Shown here: piece after piece, positions 19,670-27,995 of the stretch
Position numbering within the stretch: the stretch's first letter is position 1
Layout of the letters: each line of letters starts with the position of its first letter
From: Methanobacteriota archaeon
GTDB taxonomy: Archaea > Thermoplasmatota > Poseidoniia > Poseidoniales > Poseidoniaceae
Assembly (NCBI GenBank): GCA_018650165.1
Contig: JABIGM010000018.1
Coordinates: forward strand, 2,552 to 66,551
DNA: 64,000 nt
Reading direction: 5' to 3'
The notes under the pieces: generated by a model
What the model was told of the DNA's origin: nothing
Seen by the model: only the letters and a program-made list of their open reading frames with translations
Database searches by the model: none
Made by a program: the position numbers and the translations under genes

Positions 19670-20458
19670 ATGGGCATGTCACGGGTTTTCATCCGAAGTT
19701 TGCTACCCCTAATCCTAGTGTCATTAATGCTTTTACCGGGGCTTAGTGAAGCCTACCCAGATGGTATTGGCGGTGAACAAAGCAATGCTGGTGAAACTAT
19801 TGATGATGTTGCCAAAGAAGGTTGTCTTTGCCATGGTGGCGAAGCAAGTAATTCCGTAATGGTAATTCTTGTCGACGTACCGCACTCTTGGACTCCAGGA
19901 GATGCCTACACAATGAGACTAGAAATCATCGGCGGACCCGATTCAGACAAGGGTGGATTTTCTGCCCGAGTTAGCGCTGGTGAGTTATCTGGTGATGGAC
20001 AATCGTGGGAGGAGGACTCGATGTCAAGGACACATTCGTCCTCTGCAACCAGAATTTTCGAACTTATTTGGACACCTCCTGCCGAGGGAACAGGCACAGT
20101 AGATTTCTGGATCTCGGCTAATGCCGTGAATGGTGCAGATGGACCAGTGGGAGATAATTGGAATCAACTGGTTTTCAATTTGGTCGAAGTTGCAGAAGAT
20201 GATGGTCGTGGCACACGCAGTTTGATTGCAGGTAGCGGGACTCCTGAAGCACCAGCTGCCGATGCCGGAGCAGTTGACTTACATTCGATGGGAGCGCCTT
20301 TCCGTGCGCACTGGCTAGGTTTACTTGGATTTGGAGCAGTTATCTGTGTAATTATATTCTGTGGGTTCCTCCTTAGATACGGATTTTCGACATCCTACAA
20401 GGGACGTAGTAACGTTTTGAGACTGCGATACAAGATTAACAGGAGAGGTGACCAGTGA
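19670..20458 (+). CDS. Secreted, C-terminally anchored Reeler/choice-of-anchor V-like protein with GCLCHG motif
   Basis: Signal peptide, AYPDG, GCLCHG, GGFS, WTPP..GTGTVDFWISANAVNG..G..GD.W, C-terminal TM. Confidence 0.75.
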   Translation: MGMSRVFIRSLLPLILVSLMLLPGLSEAYPDGIGGEQSNAGETIDDVAKEGCLCHGGEASNSVMVILVDVPHSWTPGDAYTMRLEIIGGPDSDKGGFSARVSAGELSGDGQSWEEDSMSRTHSSSATRIFELIWTPPAEGTGTVDFWISANAVNGADGPVGDNWNQLVFNLVEVAEDDGRGTRSLIAGSGTPEAPAADAGAVDLHSMGAPFRAHWLGLLGFGAVICVIIFCGFLLRYGFSTSYKGRSNVLRLRYKINRRGDQ

Positions 20459-20910
20459 TGGCCAAGGATACAATCACCCGTCTTCTGGAGCAGGTCGCAT
20501 CAGGCGATGTTAGTATCAAGGATGCTCGAAAGGCACTAGAAGATGCAACGCTAACAGAAGACCAAATGGATTCAGCAATCAATCACGGGGTATTCAACCC
20601 TGCTGAACCAGGAACTATTATTTCAGCATCTCTTGCTCCATCGGGCTCATCTGCGCTGGCTTTATTCTTCTTCGGATGGGGCATATTCTGGACAATTTAT
20701 TGGTTTGGAACTATGCTTTACGGGTTCCTAAATGGCTCATCATGGGACCAACAACAACTCTCATACCATCTGGCAATGGGAATTTCAACTCTTATTATGA
20801 TGGGGATAGTCTACATGAAGTGGGTTCTTCCAGACAAAATTATTGTTAAGCACAGGCGAAATAAGTACATCCCTGAGCATCCAAAGGATTGGAGAGAGTA
20901 TAATTGGTGA
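20455..20910 (+). CDS. Two-TM membrane protein in the Rieske/cyt b operon
   Basis: N-terminal 'LLEQVASGDVSIKDA' helix pair, two TM helices; GGAGAGGTGA SD; overlaps neighbours. Confidence 0.75.
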   Translation: MMAKDTITRLLEQVASGDVSIKDARKALEDATLTEDQMDSAINHGVFNPAEPGTIISASLAPSGSSALALFFFGWGIFWTIYWFGTMLYGFLNGSSWDQQQLSYHLAMGISTLIMMGIVYMKWVLPDKIIVKHRRNKYIPEHPKDWREYNW

Positions 20911-21764
20911 GTTCTATGGATGATATGAAGTTGAGACCAGCACCAACTCCCGAGAGTGCTTTATTGTCGTCAATACAAACGACTTCGATTAATCGAAGAC
21001 AATTCTTGCGATATGGATTCAATGCTGCTGGAGGAGTTCTTGCTGCAACACTTGGAGCTCTTGGATTCGCTTCAATCTTGATGCCGCCTGGCGAAGGTGG
21101 CGGAGGAGATTCGTCTGTCCTATTCTGGGCCAAAGGTCGTGAAGAAGAAGCATGGTATGGTGCAAAACATTTGCAACCAATGCTAAAGTCGGATTTCGTG
21201 ACTGAATCTGCTAATTCTAATATTGGAATGGCTGGAGCGCAAGGTGTTTGGAATGGTTTACCAGTTGTGGTCAATTATGTCCCACACGCACAAAACTCAG
21301 ACTCTCCTATCGCTGACAACTCACCACGATTCCAAGAAATGGCTGGCTATGATATCGGCAAGAACTACGTTGGCCATGCTACTGAATATCTACTTGGCAA
21401 TCCTGATGTCTTTGACCCTAGTGGCAATTTAGTTATGATCTTCTCTCGTTGTACTCACTTATGCTGCATACCAGGATGGCAACTTGTTTCAAACTCATTT
21501 ACTGCAGATAATTGGACCCCTGGAGGGGCAGATGATGGTGGTAGCAAACTGTTCTGTATATGCCATTCAAGTCGTTTCGACCCTACTGCGATTGAAGTAA
21601 ACCGAAACATAAACCGTTCAAATGGTGCTACATTCGACTACCTCGGAATACGTCGCGCAGGTGGCCCTGCCCCAGTAGGGTTACCGATAATTCCGATAAT
21701 AATGAATGGCGACTCCATCGGGGCGTCAAGTGAATACACGGGCTGGCTGACCTATTGCGATTGA
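20904..21764 (+). CDS. petC: Rieske [2Fe-2S] subunit of a Rieske/cytochrome b complex
   Basis: Tat motif NRRQFL plus TM anchor; CTHLCC and CICHSSRFD boxes; GPAP.GLP C-terminal motif. Confidence 0.93.
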   Translation: MVSSMDDMKLRPAPTPESALLSSIQTTSINRRQFLRYGFNAAGGVLAATLGALGFASILMPPGEGGGGDSSVLFWAKGREEEAWYGAKHLQPMLKSDFVTESANSNIGMAGAQGVWNGLPVVVNYVPHAQNSDSPIADNSPRFQEMAGYDIGKNYVGHATEYLLGNPDVFDPSGNLVMIFSRCTHLCCIPGWQLVSNSFTADNWTPGGADDGGSKLFCICHSSRFDPTAIEVNRNINRSNGATFDYLGIRRAGGPAPVGLPIIPIIMNGDSIGASSEYTGWLTYCD

Positions 21765-21765
21765 G

Positions 21766-22641
21766 GTGATTATCATGAATACAATATTTTGGGTACTCTG
21801 GTTCTTTATCGCTTTCATCACTGTGTTGATCGCATTCACACTTCGTAAAGAAAACGAAGACATTCCTCGTCGTGAAATTCTTCGGGCTGTAGAAACCAGT
21901 GGTAAAATGGGCTTTGCTGAAAGAACATTCCTTTGGGTGTTCTCATTCCTCGATACAAGATTCAGAATTCAAGATTACTGGAATATGAGTAAGGGCGCCT
22001 ACTACAATATGCACAGACAAATGCCGCTTACACATGCAGAGAAGTACAAACTCCGAATCATTTGGTATTGGTACCCATTGTACTGTCTTGGTGGCATATC
22101 ATTCCTTTCGTTCATTATTCTTGTAATCACAGGTACTGTTCTTGGTATCTATTATGTCCCAGGTGGAGAAGGTGACCCTTCCCCTGCGTATGCGAGTATG
22201 GAATTCATCATGACTCAATTACCATTTGGATATATTATCAGAGCTGTTCACCATTGGGGAACTCACTTCATGGTAGCATCTGTATTCCTCCATATGTGTC
22301 GTGTTTACTTTACAGGCGCATACCGCAACCCTCGTGAATTGAATTGGTTAATTGGTGTTGCACTCATGGCTCTGACAATTGTATTCGGATATTCGGGCTA
22401 TCTATTGCCATGGGATAGCCTTGCATTTGGCGCTGCCACTATTGGGATTAACATGGCTAACTCAACGCCGTTAATTGGAAAATATGTTTCGACATTACTG
22501 TTCTCCGGCTCATCGCTGTCTCACAGGGCTGTGACTCGAATGTATTTCATTCACGTATTCATATTGCCAGTTATTGTTACAACTTTGATCATCATACATT
22601 TGTTCATAGTTTGGGTTCAAGGAATTGCGGAGCCGCATTGA
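21766..22641 (+). CDS. petB: Cytochrome b6-type (split) cytochrome b
   Basis: YCLGG, heme-ligand His pairs RAVHHW...FLHMCR and FIHV...IIHL, PRELNW, GYSGYLLPWD, C-terminal QGIAEP. Confidence 0.95.
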   Translation: MIIMNTIFWVLWFFIAFITVLIAFTLRKENEDIPRREILRAVETSGKMGFAERTFLWVFSFLDTRFRIQDYWNMSKGAYYNMHRQMPLTHAEKYKLRIIWYWYPLYCLGGISFLSFIILVITGTVLGIYYVPGGEGDPSPAYASMEFIMTQLPFGYIIRAVHHWGTHFMVASVFLHMCRVYFTGAYRNPRELNWLIGVALMALTIVFGYSGYLLPWDSLAFGAATIGINMANSTPLIGKYVSTLLFSGSSLSHRAVTRMYFIHVFILPVIVTTLIIIHLFIVWVQGIAEPH

Positions 22642-22650
22642 TATGGAGGT

Positions 22651-25461
22651 ATGAATATGGGTCTAATTGAGAATCTTGGTGCTGTTGCTTCATCCTATAT
22701 GGATGAGAAAGAAAATCTTCAGACCACTGATGAAAGGCGTGTACGCACTATGGCAGGACATGGTTTCTGGCCGCATGAAGTGCTACGTGACACACTTATT
22801 TTCGGATTTTTAGCTGCAGTATTGTTGTTTTATGCTTGGCTCATCCCACCACCACTACACAGTGCAGCAGACCCCTTTGCCCAGGCTGGTTTCGTATTCC
22901 CTGACTGGTATGTTCTATTCTCATATGGTTACCTAAGGTGGGGTGAATATCTACCTCAGTTCTCTGTCCCTCTTGGGCCAGTGGGTGAATTCTTCGGCCA
23001 GCCATCTTTCCCATGGAACGCTGCATGGTGGGGTGCTTTCCTTACAGGAATCCCAGTTGGAATTCTAGCACTTCCACCTTTCCTAGGTGGACGTGAAAAG
23101 AGACCTGTAGAAGACCCCTGGTTTGCGAGTGCAGGTGTAGTTTATCTTGCACATATTTGGTTTATCTCAGTATTCTCAATCAATATCTTCCTAGAATTAT
23201 ATGGGAAGAACCGGAGTGATTTCTGTAAATTAGACAGTCACGGAGATTTGGTCTGTGGCGCACGAGCACCATGGATTGCTGATTTATTCAATGCCATACC
23301 ATGGATCATGACAGGTATTCTGTTATGGATTGTCATCTACTTTGTAGCAAAATGGTTGTTCAATAATGCATGGGGTGCGAAATTTACTCCCGCCCATGGA
23401 AAGAAATTAATTGTAGGCGCCTTCATTGTTGCAACCGCAGCAAGTGTAGTCTCTTACCCTGTTTATGACAATGGTTTCTGGGATGCAAAAGGATTACTCA
23501 CAATAGAAGACTATGGCGAATTAGAGGACATGCGTTCTCAACCTCTAGATGTTCATGTTCACGAGCACAATGAGCACATGACTGACCAAGGATTCGAAGG
23601 TGATATAGTTCCAGCATCCGCCTGGATGCAATGGAACATATACCAACCCGCAAGATATTATTTAATTGATTTTGCCGATAGTAATGGGCATCAAAACCTA
23701 GATACTGGGGTCAATGGAGCAAGCGGACTCGAGACCTATTCAGGTGATGAAACTGCAGGTGAGTCAGGTTACTTCAACATCTCAAATAATCACTGGCCAG
23801 AAAATGTTGAATTTACAACTGTACCTGTCGATGCAACCTGTGCAACAAGAGCCAGTGAAGTCATTATCGATGGAGGAGTTCCGACCTCGGCAATGATGCA
23901 ATCAAGCCTCATAATTACTGACCATAAAACCGGTGAAGTTGTGATTGACACAGACTGTTCTACTGGAGAAACTGGTGTTGAGTTAGGCGCTGGCCTTTAC
24001 CACTATGAATTCCGTGCTTACTCTACAGATGCCCTTGCTGCTAACGAAAGCGTCACTGTTGAAACTCAATTCACAATCAAAGCTTACCAACCACTGCTAT
24101 TGTATGGTGAAGACGCAGGCAATGGACTTGCAGGACATGCAGTTAATTTGTCGAATTCACTGGACATCGAATTAGAAGGAGACGAGATGGGCGTTGTTGT
24201 TAATCCAACATACCATGCCAATCCAAAGGCTCTAGATGCTAAATTGACCTATGCTATGTTTATCCCATGTTTGACAGCAGGCGCTGTTGTATTCATCCTG
24301 CTACGTAATATGGCAAGAGGATATGAATTTGAAATGAACAAGTGTTACGGCTGTGATCTTTGTGACGATGCATGTCCTGTGCGTCTGTTTAATGCTGGTG
24401 ACAAGTTGAACATCATTTACAATTCATGGAACAATGAAGATGATGGTGTGCCTATGTATTCCTGTCTCACTTGTACCGCATGTACAAATGCGTGCCCACA
24501 ACTAGTCGACTATGACTCATATGTTGACATCCGTCGCTCACTCATCGTCGGTGGACCTGCTGCTGAAATTCCTCACACTGTGCTACAAGCAGTTCTAGCT
24601 GCTGAGGCCGAAGAAGAGAGTGATGCAGACTTTGTACCTGTCAAAGAATATCCTATCGATTCAAACATTGGCTATTACCCAGGTTGTGTCGACTACCTCG
24701 ACCAAGAAATGGTATTTAGCCACCTCAATGAGGGTGATATGAATCTTGGAGATTCTACCAATTCAGCATTCACCCTGTTTGAAGAAATGGGTGCTGAAGT
24801 GTCATACCTTGGACGCGACTTCCTCAAGTGCTGTGGCCATGACCAAAAATGGCAGGGATTGGATGAAGTGTTTGACAAGTTAAAGTCATACAACCAGAAG
24901 AAGATTGAGGCATCTGGAATCGACACATTGGTTTCATCCTGTGCTGAATGTTTCCGAACCTTTGCACGTGACTATGAATTAGAAGGTGTCAAAGTAATGC
25001 ATACTACAGAATTCCTTATCGAAAATGGCTTCGATATGGAGATGAAGGTTGAAGACGAATTGACAGTAACCTATCACGACCCTTGTCGCTTAGGTCGCCA
25101 GATGGGAATCTATGACGAGCCTCGTGACTTGGTCAACAGTGTTGAAGGTGTCAAACTGGTTGAGATGGAGCACAGTGGCGAAGATGCAATGTGCTGTGGA
25201 GTCTCTAGCATGATGTCTTGTAATGAAAATGCACGCTCCTTGAGAGTTTCAAGGATGGAAGAAATTCGTAACACTGGAGCAGATATGATGATTACATCAT
25301 GTCCAAAGTGTGTGTCTCACTTCGAATGTCTGAAGTTTGAAGATGATGAGAAGTATGACATCGAGATCCTAGATGTTGTCTCCTTCCTTGCACGCCAAGT
25401 AGAAGCAAAGAAGCAGGTCCATTCTGAGCCTGTATCTACGCATGTACCTGCAGAAGCTTAA
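22651..25461 (+). CDS. Cytochrome b6 subunit IV fused to an extracellular domain and an HdrD/GlpC-like 2x[4Fe-4S] + 2xCCG domain
   Basis: FWP, ADP, PDWY (PEWY) of subunit IV; CYGCDLCDDACP and CLTCTACTNACP; YPGC/CCG/CAEC and HDPC/CCG/CPKC. Confidence 0.9.
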   Translation: MNMGLIENLGAVASSYMDEKENLQTTDERRVRTMAGHGFWPHEVLRDTLIFGFLAAVLLFYAWLIPPPLHSAADPFAQAGFVFPDWYVLFSYGYLRWGEYLPQFSVPLGPVGEFFGQPSFPWNAAWWGAFLTGIPVGILALPPFLGGREKRPVEDPWFASAGVVYLAHIWFISVFSINIFLELYGKNRSDFCKLDSHGDLVCGARAPWIADLFNAIPWIMTGILLWIVIYFVAKWLFNNAWGAKFTPAHGKKLIVGAFIVATAASVVSYPVYDNGFWDAKGLLTIEDYGELEDMRSQPLDVHVHEHNEHMTDQGFEGDIVPASAWMQWNIYQPARYYLIDFADSNGHQNLDTGVNGASGLETYSGDETAGESGYFNISNNHWPENVEFTTVPVDATCATRASEVIIDGGVPTSAMMQSSLIITDHKTGEVVIDTDCSTGETGVELGAGLYHYEFRAYSTDALAANESVTVETQFTIKAYQPLLLYGEDAGNGLAGHAVNLSNSLDIELEGDEMGVVVNPTYHANPKALDAKLTYAMFIPCLTAGAVVFILLRNMARGYEFEMNKCYGCDLCDDACPVRLFNAGDKLNIIYNSWNNEDDGVPMYSCLTCTACTNACPQLVDYDSYVDIRRSLIVGGPAAEIPHTVLQAVLAAEAEEESDADFVPVKEYPIDSNIGYYPGCVDYLDQEMVFSHLNEGDMNLGDSTNSAFTLFEEMGAEVSYLGRDFLKCCGHDQKWQGLDEVFDKLKSYNQKKIEASGIDTLVSSCAECFRTFARDYELEGVKVMHTTEFLIENGFDMEMKVEDELTVTYHDPCRLGRQMGIYDEPRDLVNSVEGVKLVEMEHSGEDAMCCGVSSMMSCNENARSLRVSRMEEIRNTGADMMITSCPKCVSHFECLKFEDDEKYDIEILDVVSFLARQVEAKKQVHSEPVSTHVPAEA

Positions 25462-25508
25462 CTACAAACTAGAGTCTTACTCTGGAATCTGTTGTAACTT
25501 ATAGTGAA

Positions 25509-25670
25509 CTAAATATTTAATTTGCGATTTAGTAAGTCAATTATTTCAGTAAATTGGGTCGAAAGTTCCAATCCAGTAATCGCTCCCCATGCAGCCATAA
25601 CTGTCATCAAAACAATTAGATAAATCACCATCAACAATCCTTCAAAGTATTCAATAATCCATGACATCAT
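25509..25670 (-). CDS. Small single-TM protein (53 aa), absent from ORF track
   Basis: Read manually: MMSWIIEYFEGLLMVIYLIVLMTVMAAWGAITGLELSTQFTEIIDLLNRKLNI*; TATA-like AT-rich upstream region; fills an otherwise empty gap. Confidence 0.55.
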   Translation of the reverse strand: MMSWIIEYFEGLLMVIYLIVLMTVMAAWGAITGLELSTQFTEIIDLLNRKLNI

Positions 25671-25732
25671 AGTTTTTCACTATGCTAAAGAAATTTGATT
25701 ATAGTTATAATGATAATCCCGGATTTGACCCA

Positions 25733-26014
25733 CTAAGATTGCTCTTTGTCGTCTTCCATCCCTCGAATCTCATAGTTAGATGGGAATAGAGCCACGATAA
25801 CTCCTGCAATTAAGAAGCCGAGACCCAAAGCAAATCTCTGCTCTACGAAAAGAAATTCTAGAGCGAAAACCACTAACAATAATCCGCCAATATTTGAAAT
25901 CCAAACTAGTGCTTTGAAAGTTGAAAGTGAGACTCCTGTGGTATTGGCTCCTCTGGAGGGGCCGAATTCTCCACCGAATCTTTGTGCTCCGTCATGGTCT
26001 GGTTGGTCACTCAT
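25733..26014 (-). CDS. Small two-TM membrane protein
   Basis: AGGTGA SD; two hydrophobic helices. Confidence 0.7.
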   Translation of the reverse strand: MSDQPDHDGAQRFGGEFGPSRGANTTGVSLSTFKALVWISNIGGLLLVVFALEFLFVEQRFALGLGFLIAGVIVALFPSNYEIRGMEDDKEQS

Positions 26015-26018
26015 ATTC

Positions 26019-26351
26019 TCACCTATCTATCATTGTAATCGCATCGGTTGGACACGCTAGAACACAAAGCCTGCACCCAGTACAGGCATCTCGAATAATT
26101 TTGGCTTTGCGATTACTAGGTACTTCGAGTAAAGGTGAGGCCATTTCTTTGAAGTATAATTCAATTGCATCATCATCACAAACTATTGTGCACTGATCAC
26201 AACCAATGCACAATTTCTCAGTAACCCAAGCAACGGTCCCTTCGCCACCTTTTGTCATAGCACGTCGCTCACCCTTTTGCCTAGCAAGAGAGATCGCTAT
26301 CCGTTCAGCCTCCACTGCACGGCGCTTTGACAGGTCCTCTGGAGATGTCAT
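26019..26351 (-). CDS. 2x[4Fe-4S] ferredoxin
   Basis: CIGCDQCTIVC and CTGCRLCVLACP; GGAGGTGA SD. Confidence 0.9.
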   Translation of the reverse strand: MTSPEDLSKRRAVEAERIAISLARQKGERRAMTKGGEGTVAWVTEKLCIGCDQCTIVCDDDAIELYFKEMASPLLEVPSNRKAKIIRDACTGCRLCVLACPTDAITMIDR

Positions 26352-27004
26352 TCAGTCACCTCCAATGGGTGCTCACCTTCAAACTTCGCGACAGACAGAT
26401 TCACTAACACATCTCCCAAACAGTAGAATGCACCAACCAATAGAGGCGGATTCCAAGCTGTTAATCCGGTCCAAGGTACTTCATTCGACCAAGTCCAATT
26501 GGCAAGATAAGTCCCCCATAATTCCATCAGTAAAGCCGCCCATGCCATTGTGGCATAAAGTGACGGTTGCGGGCCCCATTTAGTAAAGGCAAGAACTAAA
26601 ATTAGTAAAAATAAACCCGATGTATCTCCGCCAGTCCACACACCATAAGCCACTAATGGAATAAATGGAATAAGTGAAAACATTGCTTTCTTTACCGGTA
26701 AATGTGTTGCAATTCTACGACCTGCATCAAACAAAAACCAGTGGCCTACTGGAACAAATAAGGGCATTAGACCGCGTTGATATTCATAGATGAGCCATAC
26801 TTCACTGAAAAATAACTCCATCGGAGTTGCGAATGCTAGAACTGTAATCATTTCAATGCGTTCACGTCTTTCAGCTTGGCTAAAGAGGTACATGAATAGT
26901 CCTATGCAACCAATATTTACAGGCCATTCACCATATTTTGCACTTACAAATAATCCTATACCAATTGTTAATGCATAAAGAAAAACTCTCTTCATACAAA
27001 TCAA
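26348..27004 (-). CDS. Polytopic membrane protein
   Basis: About 7 hydrophobic helices; repeated 'E....W.Y' / 'E..GT....W.W' motifs. Confidence 0.7.
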   Translation of the reverse strand: MICMKRVFLYALTIGIGLFVSAKYGEWPVNIGCIGLFMYLFSQAERRERIEMITVLAFATPMELFFSEVWLIYEYQRGLMPLFVPVGHWFLFDAGRRIATHLPVKKAMFSLIPFIPLVAYGVWTGGDTSGLFLLILVLAFTKWGPQPSLYATMAWAALLMELWGTYLANWTWSNEVPWTGLTAWNPPLLVGAFYCLGDVLVNLSVAKFEGEHPLEVTE

Positions 27005-27008
27005 CTCA

Positions 27009-27995
27009 TTAAGATTGTAATTCGATTGACACGCCTTCTGAGCGCATTACTTCAATCACTAATTCGATTACATCATTCGGCAAATCTTCCGGTGCGTGTA
27101 CACCCGACGGAAGCATTTCAGGTCGGTCAACCCAGGCAATAGCACAACATGCAGTTACGAGTCCTGTCGTTCTTGCCATACTAGAATCTCCATCTGAACC
27201 ACTGTCCTCGACAACCCATCTGCGCTCATTATCTCCCGAGGTAATATGTACTTCCATCCAAGTAAACTCTCCGCGCAGTGGGTCGATTTTCCAAGCATCA
27301 ACTAACTCTTCGGGATTAAGTTTAGTCGCCTGATACTTCTGAATATGCCCTGGCCATCTGACAGTATACTCGCCCATCTTTGTTGCAGGAATGTTTAGCA
27401 ACGAGCGTAGCCCATCAGTCAGGAATGCATCCATCTCCCGACCGTTAGCATCTATTGTATGCAGTTCAGTCATAGCAGGAACCTCGCAAACCTCACCGTT
27501 TTCGATGATTCTGGCTTCACGAGTATATTCTGCAATTACATCATGGGGGGAAAATGGTGCCATATACGACCAGTGGTTATCTGGTTCACTGGGATTGCCA
27601 CCTACTTTGATACTCACTTTGTCTAATGTCCCAAATTCACGGTACGCCTGTGAGACGAGCATATTGGAGAGACCTGGTGCGATTCCAACATCCCACAGAA
27701 TCTTGCTTTGAACATTTTCTAATCGATCTGGAGTTATTTCGCTAAAGGAAAGGTCTACTATTTTTTGTCCCGAATTTTTTAGCATACTGGTTGCCTTGTG
27801 GCCCAGTGACCCCGGCAGCATATTGATGATTAAATCCGCAGAACTGTGGTCCGCTTCCAAGGCGCTACCTAAATGGAAAGTTGCATCGGTTTCTCTCTCG
27901 ACAATATCGAATAAATGCACTTCGAAATTTGCATCCACCAAACGTCGTGTGACAAATAAGCCAACCAGGCCCCCTCCTAGGCAGTGTACCCGCAT
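27009..27995 (-). CDS. Saccharopine dehydrogenase / lysine 6-dehydrogenase family oxidoreductase
   Basis: LGGGLVG Rossmann, DVGIAPGLSN, AFLTDGLRSL, YTVRWPGH, SMARTTG. Confidence 0.85.
   Translation of the reverse strand: MRVHCLGGGLVGLFVTRRLVDANFEVHLFDIVERETDATFHLGSALEADHSSADLIINMLPGSLGHKATSMLKNSGQKIVDLSFSEITPDRLENVQSKILWDVGIAPGLSNMLVSQAYREFGTLDKVSIKVGGNPSEPDNHWSYMAPFSPHDVIAEYTREARIIENGEVCEVPAMTELHTIDANGREMDAFLTDGLRSLLNIPATKMGEYTVRWPGHIQKYQATKLNPEELVDAWKIDPLRGEFTWMEVHITSGDNERRWVVEDSGSDGDSSMARTTGLVTACCAIAWVDRPEMLPSGVHAPEDLPNDVIELVIEVMRSEGVSIELQS

Noticed and set aside
24340-25461. Evidence for methanogenesis from the Hdr-like domain
   Set aside because: CCG domains are widespread outside methanogens; no mcr/mtr genes; an O2-dependent RNR is present
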